A program made the position numbers and the translations under genes. A stretch of 64,000 nt of DNA from Neodothiora populina (taxonomy: Eukaryota): NCBI RefSeq assembly GCF_041146345.1, contig NW_027191404.1, forward strand, positions 2,294,001-2,358,000, in the 5' to 3' direction. Shown in pieces: positions 1-11,042 of the stretch. The notes under the pieces are model-generated. The model was not told where the DNA came from and did not search any database. It was given only the letters and a program-made list of their open reading frames with translations. Within the stretch, counting starts at the first letter, position 1. Each line of letters begins with the position of its first letter.

Positions 1-1748
1 TCTTGCTACGTTCTCTTCGGACTAGAGAGGTTCCAAACACAATTCCAACTGCCTATTCTCGCTTCGCATAGGACGCCCATGCTGATCTGTCGCGTGTGAC
101 ATGGACTTATCCACAAACGCCAGATATCAAATCGGCTGGTCATCGTTTGATGCTGGATGACTCACTTCACGGTCATCGTCATCGAATATGCATGAAATAC
201 GCAGCTGCGGGAAGTTCGATCCCATGGGAATCTACGTGATATTGTATGAGGGGGGCAATGAAGATGTATGGGGGAAGGAACGAAGCCTGCACCCTAGTAC
301 CTGCTCGTTTCGTCTTGCATTATGAAGGGTTGTCTCACTTCACTCGACTTGGAAGATCTACCGTCTCAGCAGCAGCAGCAGCAAAAGCATCAGCCGGTGC
401 TTATGTGTACATAAGATCGGGCACAGTAACGTAGAAAATGTTACAGCAGTATTGTCTTGCAATCGACTCTTGAGTCAAAGCGATCGTGCTTTTGCATATC
501 GCACATGTATGCAATCTAGCCTCATCTGGTTAGTCTTATTCTCGCCTGCGCTGTGGCCGTGCGCATCCTGAGCATCAGTCCTCGTCGCTCGTGATATCTT
601 AGTTCCTTGGGGACTAGATGTCGACGAAATCGATGTCGAACTCTCGATGGAGCTAAACATTTTGTGATATGGTTTCAAGGTAGTATAAAGCCGTCAGTGT
701 GGTCTAAACCTCTATAAGGATCTGCTCCAATCAGAACGTTGTGGGACTTGTGTGCAGGAGCACGTTCGATACTTTGTCTTGCCCCTTATATCACAGCCGG
801 ATATACTGGTTGAAGAGGCAGTAGTATAATGAATATGGCGATAGATTGATTGCATTGCCCTTCATGTATTGTATCGAATGTCCTCGACTACATATACATC
901 GAGTGAGCCCGAAATGTGTCTATGGCTGAGTGACCATGAATGGCAACCCAGCCTCATCATAAAATGTCTTGTGACCTACCGTAGCCAGGTAGACCACATC
1001 ATACACCATGAGTAAACAGTAGGCCAAGCAGATGAGCGTCGTCGTTATGCCCCTTCTGTTCCTCTTGAAGGAGCAACCTAGGTCAATTGGAACATCTTAA
1101 GGTATCGTACGAATACAGGTAGTGCATAACATACATAGAGTATGACAGACTTGCTGCAGCCGAACGTTGCACATCAAAAGGTAATAATTAGGTAGTTATC
1201 TAAACGTCTGCATCTTCATCAACAACGCAGTGATATGTGACCCACCAAGCCTGCCTTGGAGCGAAATGACGTTTTGCCTTACAATGATGCTTACAAGTGC
1301 CCACGGCTGCAGCCATAGAACCAGCTGCCAACTTTTTCCCCACCACCACAGCATTCTCCACTGTTTCCCTCAGCGAGCCGCACGCAATGAGGAGCGGCAT
1401 ATACAGCATCCTGGTAGAACTTTCGTTCACAGCGGGGACGTCGATGCTTACCTGTGGCGATCATCACGCAGAAGGGCAACCACCATGGCGTGGCTTCCGT
1501 CACAGAGATGTGTGATTCGCGAAGAATGAAAGGGTGGCTTGCAGGGGTTGTGTTGTTCTAGGTATCTGTAGTCTTTCGACGTCACACCCCGCATCTAGAG
1601 CTTCTCCCCTATGAGATAGAGGCTGATGTGTTTTGTATATATTAGAAGAGTGCACTGGTTCCTTGAGATAATACTTGCATCATTCACGCAATAAAGTCAT
1701 CTTCGATAATAAAAACCAAGTCTCATATACATTCATACTCATATAACC

Positions 1749-2191
1749 ATGTCTGGCGAGCAAAAGTCTGGAGGTTTGTTCATTTGCCGTTCATTTTTTC
1801 CATGGTAGCGAACAATGGTGACTAACCATGGCTTCAGGTATCCTCGGTGGAGTCGGCACCGCAGTCGGCGGAGTCACAGACACAGTCGGAAAGACTGCCA
1901 GCGGCGTCACTGAAACTGTCGGAAACACTGTTGGAGGAGTTGGCAAGGGCGTCGGCGACACAGTAGGAGGCGCAACTAAGGGCCTCGGCGATACCACAAA
2001 GGGTAATCAATCAACGACATCTCGGAGATAACTCGTTTGCGTAGAGCTAATTCGTTCTGTCTACAGGAGTTGGTAACACCGTCAACGATACCACCAAGTC
2101 AGTTGGAGATTCAGCGAAGGGTGCCACTGGGGGCTCGACTGGCGGTGCTGGAGGCGCTGGTGGTGCGGATCACCTTGGCCTAGGCCAATGA
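1749..2191 (+). CDS. Small Gly/Thr/Val-rich LEA/hydrophilin-like protein (~104 aa) with 11-aa repeats; exons 1749-1773, 1838-2002, 2067-2191
   Basis: ATG at 1749 and two GT..AG introns with ACTAAC/GCTAAT branch sites splice in frame to MSGEQKSGGILGGVGTAV-GGVTDTVGKTA-SGVTETVGNTV-GGVGKGVGDTV-GGATKGLGDTT-KGVGNTVNDTT...DHLGLGQ*. TATA-like TATATA at ~1637. Confidence 0.8.
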
Positions 2192-2606
2192 TCGGGGCAC
2201 GCTGTCGTGACAATTGAATCTGCCATAAGACAAGAGCATACCAGTATATTCTAAATAATGAATAATGTATTTTTAAAACAACTCCTAGTCCATGACAATT
2301 CGCAACCTGGTGCAAGTGTTGTGACAAGTAGAAAAAGTGAAATGGACCACCATATTGCTGCTCAGGTACCTTAGCTCAAACTTACCTATCGATAGGAGCT
2401 TCACTTCAGCACCCCATGCGTGCCCTGACCAACCATGGTCATGCCATTTCGATGGTCATGTTCATTCCGCTGACCATGAAAATACAGCAGACCACAAGAT
2501 TTAGGCTGAGTGCGTTACGTAGAAAGGACTCAAAGACCTGGGAGGCAGAATCATGCCAGGCTGCAGGAGTTAAGGCTCGGGCAGAGAGCCATGCAACCAA
2601 AACAGC

Positions 2607-2612
2607 AAAAAA
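2607..2612 (-). terminator. Pol III oligo(dT) terminator of the tRNA
   Basis: A6 on + (T6 on -) about 28 nt downstream of the tRNA 3' end. Confidence 0.6.
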
Positions 2613-2639
2613 GAAGTGTGAGCTTTGGATAGTAGGAAT

Positions 2640-2722
2640 AGCCGAAGGCGGGGCTCGAACCCGCGACCTTGAGGTCGTCTCTTCATAAGAGCCACACGCT
2701 CTACCGATTGAGCTACCCCGGC
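2640..2722 (-). tRNA. tRNA-Lys(CTT) with a 10-nt intron (2676-2685)
   Basis: Reverse complement GCCGGGG TA GCTC AATCGGTA GAGC G TGTGG CT CTT A [TGAAGAGACG] A CCTCA AGGTC GCGGG TTCGAGC CCCGC CTTCGGC T folds into a cloverleaf, with the intron at the canonical 37/38 position. Confidence 0.93.
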
Positions 2723-3109
2723 AGGTCATTTGATCAAGTCCTCTGAGAGGACTGGCTTGTTCACTGAGAGACTCCACGGCTGTGCTTGTATATAAATATT
2801 TCTTCAAAAGTCGTTTTCAAGGAGTGGTGGGTCATGGATCTGGCCCCTGACCGACGCTAAGCAACGGCAGCGGGTTGCAGCCGCGCAACTCGAACTTGCT
2901 GGTTGGGGCGGAGCTTCAATCGCGGCGAAAACATCAACACTGAATTACTTTCTCAGTGTCATCTCTAATCCACTACAACTACATCGAGGTTTGCTTCGTT
3001 GTCTCTGTATTCCTTGAGTTGGCTGCCGTTTGCGCCTCAACTCTTTCGTCTCCCCGGTGCAAATAAGTGCAGGATATACGTACGCCTATCGCAAAGGCCA
3101 CATATCAAC

Positions 3110-3989
3110 ATGGATGCTCCAGAGCCCGAAACTCCTTTCGCTGCCGTCAGCGCGCAGACGACGAAATATGGAAGAGTGCGTATCATGGAACCACAGTGCA
3201 ATGGCACGCCAGCAATGAGATTGTCGTGGGCTCAGAGCACCGACCAGCGCATGGACTACCCAAGGATATCTGACTGACTGCCATATTTACAGATATACCA
3301 GTCTTATCTCGACAAGTCGACTCCGTTCACGACTTACCGATGGGTCGGAACTGGCGTTGTCTTGTTCTTGTTCATGCTTCGCATAGTCATCGCGCAAGGA
3401 TGGTATATCGGTATGTCCAACACCATCTCTACCGTTCTCTCTCCCTAGAACTGCACCCCCTTCCTCTGTCGCGTCGCCGGGTATGGAGGACCGTCGCAAC
3501 AGTCGGCTTACCTGTAAACTTTCCAGTCGCATACTCGCTCGGCATCTACCTTCTCAACCTCTTCCTCGCCTTCATCAGCCCGAAATTCGACCCCGGTCTT
3601 GACACTGATACCGACATGGAGGAGGGTGGTCCTTCCTCATCCCTACCCACAAAATCCACCGATGAATTCAAACCTTTCGTCCGCAGATTACCAGAATTCA
3701 AGTTCTGGTACAGTGCCACCAAGGCCATCGTGATTGGTTTCTGCTGCTCGTGGTCCGAGCTGTTCAACCTGCCAGTCTTCTGGCCTGTCTTGGTAGTGTA
3801 TTGGCTGATCCTCGTTGTCCTTACCATGAGGCGACAAATCCAGCACATGCTGAGTAAGTGGACACACCCGCGAAAAGACACTCCATGGAGTTGCTACCCA
3901 ATCGAGTGCAATGCGCTAACACCTAAGCAGAGTACAGATACGTTCCCTGGGACTTTGGCAAGAAAGCTTACGGCAAATCGAGCAACTAG
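3110..3989 (+). CDS. RER1: Rer1 Golgi-to-ER retrieval receptor (~189 aa); exons 3110-3175, 3293-3410, 3527-3853, 3931-3989
   Basis: Spliced product has YQSYLDKSTP...GWYIVAYSLGIYLLNLFLAFISPKFDP...DEFKPFVRRLPEFKFW...MRRQIQHMLKYRYVPWDFGKK, which are Rer1 family motifs. All introns are GT..AG. Confidence 0.95.
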
Positions 3990-5169
3990 GAGTTGCTGTA
4001 ATTTTGCCGTGTGTTTATTCTCTTCTCCGTAAAGCGCCTGGGCATATCATGAGAGCACGCGGTACACGGCCATTTGTTCAAGGGGTGTTCACGGGTAGGA
4101 ATGATGCATTTCTGGGCGCAGGCAACTGGACATCACGATTCATGATTGAAAAGGTTTCCTGTCGTATTGGCCTTCGATGAGGTAGCCAGCCTGTATAGCA
4201 ATGTATTCGAAAACGAAAAGTTGTCAGATGTGTCTTTTTCCCCATGTCGTTGAGGCCAGACTATTTTCGGTGCGCGACGGACGGCGACCCTGTCCAACAT
4301 TGTGTGATTCAGAAACAGGCCCCAAAAATGCCTGACATGTTCATAAGAATGAATAATCCAAGAACAGGCAGATAAAGGGAAACGAGACATCAACAACGAC
4401 TGCAATATGGCTCTCAGATACCCCAAGTATCGCGGAAACTCTTACCATGTATAATACTTGTATAATCGCTTTAGTAAATCACCAGACTCAGGATCACATA
4501 CCTACATGTCGTATTACCATAATCAAAACCATGAAAGTCGCGAACGTCAACAAGGCATACTCAAGACCATGTGCGTCGGTCACCGCCGAGTTGGTAGATA
4601 TCGGCGTGGGATATTTCACTCAGCATTCATCTCAGGTGTTTTGATCGAGTAATTGTGAGCAAAGCGGACAATTTAGAGTTCACATGGATTAGTCTAAGCA
4701 AGGATCTCACCAAACAATGCTCGACATGCTGTGCATACGACTATCGCTTCGAGTGGATAAACGTCACCTCCGGTAGAGCAAGCCTCGAAAATACCAGTGA
4801 CGAAAGAGGATGGTCAATGAAATAAAAAGTGGCAGATACAGGGTATGTACAAGAACAGTGTCGTTGTTTGAAGGTCACATCGGTAGTTGTTAAAGCCGCC
4901 GCCGCCAGGCGATCATACTATCGATTTCGCGAGATATGCCCCAACAGAGGCTTGGATACCAGCGTCCCAATCTGCCTACTCGGAGATTGCCATTATTGTA
5001 CAGGCACCACTCTATAACTACACATGCAACTTCATAACTTATTGAGGTATCGCACGAAAGCTAGTGTGACCAGACGACGAATACGCATTCGAGTCTATCG
5101 CGCGAGAGACCCTAGGAACCGCGGGGGCATCCGGGATGCATTCTTCTCCACCAAGCTTCCATGCACGGG

Positions 5170-5574
5170 CCTCGGTTGCGTCCCTCTGAACAGTGAGAGC
5201 TTCGTCGCCGTAGAGATTGTTATCCTCGGCCTCGGTAGAGATAAGGAAATGTGCTTTGCTTGTGATGGAGAAACGGACGTCGGCGAGGTGCCCTTTCATC
5301 GTGGGAAGGCATATACGAATTTTACTAAATACGAGCATCCGGGTCGCAGCAATTGCGACTACAGTGATCATGAGAAAGCTGTACCGTCGTACTTTGCGGA
5401 TCACCGAACAAGGTACATTATATTTCATGGTACAAACTCACGGTACAGCAGCTGCTGTACATTTGGAGTGACGTTGGAGAGACGAAAATGTGGGGGATAA
5501 GCTGAAGCGCATCACTTCTTCCAATTGCAGAACGACGCGGGGCAAAGGAAACACAGTCTCCGAGTCTCCCTCGG
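5170..5574 (+). promoter_or_regulatory. Four CCTCGG (FarA/FarB/Ctf1-type fatty-acid response) elements upstream of malate synthase
   Basis: CCTCGG at 5170-5175, 5224-5229, 5230-5235 and 5569-5574. CreA-like SYGGRG sites (GTGGGG ~5490, GCGGGG ~5537) lie among them. Confidence 0.6.
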
Positions 5575-5744
5575 CAAGTTGGAGTGGTGGTGTCTAGCAT
5601 GTGTCATCGTCCACCATAAGGTAGATCTTGTGAAGAGGCCAAGTACTTTTAAAAGCTTCCTTTCCTTCGTAATCACTTTGCTTTCCTCCTCTAGCCTAGT
5701 TTTGACATTGAACCTCTTATACCCTTCATCTCACTTCTCACATC

Positions 5745-7511
5745 ATGGCGGTCAACACTGAACAAATCCTCAAGGATGTCAACATCCTTGGACCTTTGAA
5801 TGACCAGACCCGCAAGATCCTCTCCAAAGATGCCGCTGTCTTCCTTGCCCTTCTTCATCGCACCTTCAATGGCACCCGTAAGGCACTTCTCCAGAGGCGT
5901 ATGATTCGTCAGGCAGAACTTGACAAGGGCAACCTCCCCGACTTCCTTCCTGAAACCAAGCACATTCGTGAGAACGATGCCTGGAAAGGCGCTCCTCCTG
6001 CTCCGGGTCTTGTGGACCGAAGAATTGAAATCACGGGACCAACGGACAGGAAGATGGTAGTCAACGCTTTGAACTCTGACGTCTGGACATATATGGCCGA
6101 TTTCGAGGGTAAGTAGACGGGGAAGATGAATATGTTCATGTTTTGTTACATATTGCGGAAAAGCTAATGCCGATATCGTAAAGACTCTAGCGCACCTACC
6201 TGGGACAACATGATCAACGGCCAATTGAACCTGTACGATGCCATTCGCAAGCAGATTGACTTCAAGCAAGGAGAGAAAGAGTACAAGTTGCGCACCAACC
6301 GAAAGCTGCCGACCCTCATTGCCCGTGCCAGAGGCTGGCACCTGGAGGAGAAGCACTTCACTGTCGACGGAGAGCCCATTTCTGGAAGTCTGTTCGATTT
6401 CGGTTTGTACTTCTTCAACAACGCCGAGGAGCTCGTCAAGAGAGGTGCTGGCCCTTACTTCTACCTGCCCAAGATGGAGTCGCACCTAGAGGCCAGACTC
6501 TGGAACGATGCCTTCAACCTGGCACAGGATTACATTGGCATGCCCCGAGGTACTATCCGAGGAACCGTTCTCATCGAGACCATCATGGCTGCATTCGAAA
6601 TGGACGAGATCATCTACGAGCTCAGAGACCACTCGTCCGGTCTCAACTGCGGTCGCTGGGACTACATCTTCAGCGTCATCAAGCGATTCCGCAACAACCC
6701 GGACTTTGTTCTCCCCGACCGCTCGGCTGTTACCATGACGGTGCCATTCATGGATGCATATGTCAAGCTCCTGATCAAGACTTGCCACCGCAGAGGCGTC
6801 CACGCCATGGGTGGCATGGCAGCCCAGATCCCCATCAAGAACGACCCTGCCGCCAACGAAAAGGCCATGGCGGGTGTGCGTGCGGACAAGCTGCGTGAAG
6901 CTCGCGCGGGCCACGACGGCACCTGGGTGGCCCACCCGGCGCTCGCCTCGATCGCCGCCGAAGTCTTCAACGAGCACATGCCGACACCGAACCAGCTCTT
7001 TGTGCGCAGGGAAGACGTCAGCATTGGAAGAAACGACCTGCTCAACATGAACGTGCCCGGCAAGATCACCGAAGAGGGCATCAGGAAGAATCTGAACATC
7101 GGCCTTGGCTACATGGAGGGATGGCTCCGAGGTGTCGGCTGCGTGCCAATCAACTACCTGATGGAGGACGCTGCGACCGCCGAGGTCAGCCGAAGTCAGC
7201 TCTGGCAGTGGTGCAAGCACGGCGCCACCACGGCCGAGGGCCAGAAGGTCGACAAGGCATATGCTCTCCGTCTCCTCCACGAGCAAGCACAGGAGCTGGC
7301 CTCCAAGGCACCGAACGGCAACAAGTACAATCTCGCAGAGAAGTATTTCGCTACTCAGGTCACTGGAGAAGATTATGACGAGTTCCTCACATCGTAAGTC
7401 TCAATCATTTTGTCCACGGTATCTTCGGGTTTCACTAACACTCTTCCGAACAGGCTTCTGTACAACGAGATCACTCGTGTCGAAAGTCCGGCTCCGGCAT
7501 CCAAGTTGTAG
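5745..7511 (+). CDS. acuE: Malate synthase A, glyoxysomal (~543 aa, C-terminal PTS1 -SKL); exons 5745-6108, 6184-7393, 7454-7511
   Basis: Motifs [80 protein letters not shown]. The last exon ends PAPASKL*. Confidence 0.97.
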
Positions 7512-8110
7512 GCGAGAACGGCGAAACAGAGAAACGAAAACAACCAACAAAATTGATGCAGTGATGGCTTTGTAGTCTTTGTTTGTAATTAGTTGCCAGT
7601 TTTCTATTGGCGTTGAATATATACCCTTTTTTCCTCCTCTAGAGAAACCTCATCTACCGTTCGCCCTGTATGATGTTTTCTCTTTGAACGCGGCATCATG
7701 CATGCAGATTGTGCCGACCCGACTGTAACTTCCTCCGCTTTGTCTTTGTGGGTATACCCCCGATAGTCTTACCTGCTTCTCTAGGTCAACACCATCTACC
7801 ATAATGATCATACGACCCTCAGTTCTGTAAGTTGCGCTATTCTTCTTCTCCCACAGCCGCGGTACAAGTTGAGATCATCGACGACACGACAGACGCCACC
7901 TTGGATTAATCAAGAAGTCCCGAAACGCAACCTTCGCCAGCGAGAGTTGCTCTCCGCAAAGCTCGCAATTAGAACCGAACTGGCTTTGCCCCTTTCTGGA
8001 TTATTACTCGACCTTCCACCTCCCGGGAAAGAGATGAGTGGAATATTGCGTCCTCATCGTCGTTGCTCGTCGGAAGGTCAGGTGTCACATAGAGACGCTG
8101 TAATTGCGCC

Positions 8111-8812
8111 TCATGCCGGAGTGGACCCTGGTTTCTGAGACGCCGCCCCGGACTTGGGATTCGGTTCGTCGTCTCCTTTCAGACGTTGTTGGACGGCTCG
8201 CCTGGACAATGTTAATTCATCTGGATTCATGATGCGGAACTTGACTTTGGCGATGAAAGACATAGGAGAGAAATAAGAGGAAACGTAGAGAATGAATCAC
8301 ATGACTGACCTTTTACTCCCTCCTGCTTTCTCCTTTTCGCTCTCCGTGGTAGGCTCATTAGTAGCAGAATGCTGTTGTTGACCAGCCTTTGACTTCTTCT
8401 TCGACGACGCACTCGTTGCACCAGCAGAGGAAGCAGCCGCAGACCCAGCAGCGTTCTTGGAAGAACCGCCGCCGCCGCCAGCCTGCTTACCCACTCTCGG
8501 ATCATCCGCGGCTCGCATAGCGGCCTCCTCAGCGGCCGTGGCGATGTGGAATTTCATGAAATCGTCGCCCCAGCGCTGAAGAGGCCATTTGCGTCCCGGA
8601 GGCGGACCGCGCGCTGCATTGTAGTTTTGACCTGCTGCCAGTTTGACGATGCGTGAGCGTTTGCCGTCTGCTGGGGCGCGCCCGGTTTGGGGACTTTTGG
8701 AGACTTGTTCGTTGCTGGTTGTTGTTGTTGTCGTTATGTCAGGAGCATCGGGTGCGTCTGACATTGTGATGTCGCCTCCCTGATCACCGAGTAGATTGGT
8801 TGCGGCCCTCAT
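8111..8812 (-). CDS. Hypothetical low-complexity protein (~197 aa); possible exons 8812-8310 and 8201-8111
   Basis: A 184-codon ORF with coding-like composition. A GTCAGT..ATTAAC..CCAG intron (8309-8202) extends it in frame to a TGA at 8111-8113. No recognised domain and the start is uncertain. Confidence 0.4.
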
Positions 8813-10069
8813 GACTTTTTTGGTTTTATGTCTAGCGCTTTCAACAGACAAATTGTGAGATATGTATCAAGATGTGCGACAGTGATACAGGAGAATTATA
8901 ATCTTTTCTAAGTTGGCCCTGGTGTTTTCACGATCCGGCATGTCATTGGACGAAAACAAGAGGACGTTCACGCGGAAACAGAAGACATTATAGAGAGAAA
9001 GCTGGAATTGACTCCTGGCAGTGAACTACGAAGCCGGCATGATGGAGAGAGCAGCGAAACAAAATAGTATCAAAAGTACCACATGAGATGGTCGGCCGAA
9101 ACATGGTAAGCTTCGGCATATGCCGGAGGCATGAGGCCAGGAGCCAGGTCAAGGAAGGAAAACAACGAGGAATGGTACTCGATCCTCGCTCGGTGCTGTC
9201 TACGACCAGAGAGTGACTTGACTGTAAGCTCACAGCGAGGACCATAGTTATCAGGAACGAAGAGACCTATGCAAATTAGACTGTAGTAGTGTTGTCCACC
9301 CAATCTCACTATACATTAGTGGTGAGGGGATCAAATCCCGATGGACTGGGGTGAGTAAGGTGAGGCTCAATGAGATACAGCACCTTAGTACTGTAATTAG
9401 ATACAGTACAGTAGCTTCATTTTATCCGGCGGGTGAAGTGCAAAGAAGCAAGCCCCGCAACGTCTACAATCGCCGAGCCTTGCCTTTACGACACATGGCA
9501 TTTCGACTCAGCAACACTTGCCGGATAACGTCAGTTTCGGTGGACTGTACTCCGGAACGACAAGAAGACCAATCGCTAGATGTCTTTTCTTGTTTCCCAC
9601 AAAAGGCCGAAGTAGGAACACGGGGGCGAAATGGTGAGATGTTGAAGGTGGGAGAGCGGGCAGCGCGCGCACGTTCACTCTGCGCATGCGTTACTGTGAT
9701 GCAATAAGGCATATGACGTAGGAATGGGCCCCGCCATCGCTCACCTTCCCGTACCTACTTGTTGGCAGCAGATAACCTTCGACCTTGAACTCGGTTTCTG
9801 AACAGATTCACTTCACTCCAAAACACAAGAAAAGACCACATTGCACTTTTGCTTAGACCATATAAAACTCATACAGTAAGTCCATGATATTGTAACAAGC
9901 TCCAGCCTTGAAGGATCTTCGACTAACAGATCGTAGCAACCCTCCTCAAAGTAAGCTCTTACAGCTCCTCAACTCCTTGTGGCTACCTCTCAACAAACCC
10001 ATTACTCGTCCAATCACTAACCTTTGCCCTGCTCTTGCTCCAGCTTCCAATCACAAATCTCGAATCAAA

Positions 10070-10279
10070 ATGTCTGCTCCCAACCAAGGCCGCCAGTCTC
10101 CCGACCCTGAGCACCAGACGGACGCCCAGCAGGGCTCTAATTCTGCCCCTAACGACCAGGGCGCCGGTCCCAAGTCAGGCAACGCCCAGACGCACTCGGA
10201 CGACCAGAAGAAGGGTCTGGCCTCGAACCCCGGGGGACCCCTTGACAAGGCCGCCGAGGAGAAGACCTCCAAGAAATAA
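10070..10279 (+). CDS. Small hydrophilic protein (69 aa), MSAPNQGRQSPDPE...LASNPGGPLDKAAEEKTSKK; two putative 5'-UTR introns (9876-9936, 9951-10043)
   Basis: Good context (TCAAAATG), strong C-ending codon bias, and hydrophilin-like composition. It resembles small 'GRQSP..SNP' fungal proteins from memory (not searched). Confidence 0.75.
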   Translation: MSAPNQGRQSPDPEHQTDAQQGSNSAPNDQGAGPKSGNAQTHSDDQKKGLASNPGGPLDKAAEEKTSKK

Positions 10280-11042
10280 GCGTCTTTTCTCTTGATTTAT
10301 GATTTTGTTCCTTGACGATATGGTTACGCTTTCGGAGGGCAGCCCCTCGAGAGGTGAGAGTAGATGGAAATGACATGATCCTGCTCGTTGAGTCTTGTCT
10401 CTTGAGCTGAATTCGAGGATCGTGAAAGCGTCTCTTTTTTAATGAATATGTCGATATGAATCAAACTTGAGCATTTTTCTGCCTACAGATCTCAGACTTC
10501 TCAACATCTGGTTACTTGTTGTTGACTATTCTCTACTTCATTTGCCTGTCAGTGAAAGTCACATGCATGTATGACGAACAACGACGTTCTTCTGGACCAT
10601 CAAGGCATTGTCAGGTCTATTGTATATCATCCTTCCCCCTGTCGTGCCAAGGAACATACACAGCCCTGACTGGCGTTCAGTACACCAAGGTACAGTACCT
10701 TTCTGTGGTGTCACCTATTGTACCCACATCACCTACGAGTACAATAGCCAGACAAGGAGAGAAATATTCCACATCGTGCGTGGTATCTTCCATTCTACTA
10801 GGTTCAGTCAACTCAGCGGCGAGGATCACGAGACGACCAGCATCAAATAGGATGGACAGGAGAGCAGGACCCAAGGTATAATGAGGAAAGAAGGAAAATA
10901 AGGGAGCTCGTTTCATAACGTGGAATCTCCCGCGTGGACAAGAAGAGGAAAGAATCGTCCGCGTTCGGAAACCCCACCAGCTACTTTGTATAGCTAGCTA
11001 GCCAGCTGCTCGGAGCCGCTCATGAGAGAAGTAAAGAAGAAT

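Noticed and set aside
1..1530. Short ORFs on both strands at the window start
   Set aside because: No supportable gene model or family motif.
3214..3274. C/D-like words (ATGAGA...CTGA) in RER1 intron 1
   Set aside because: The C box is imperfect, the CTGA overlaps the branch-site region, and I could not identify a target.
4100..5500. Several 60-160 aa ORFs between RER1 and malate synthase
   Set aside because: No recognisable domain, codon bias or consistent splice model; the region is better explained as UTR and promoter.
5691..7286. Long antisense ORFs (264 aa and 266 aa) over malate synthase, and similar shadows over NST1, PCM1, sidA, TFB2 and TTL
   Set aside because: Expected shadow ORFs of GC3-rich coding sequence, with no independent motifs.
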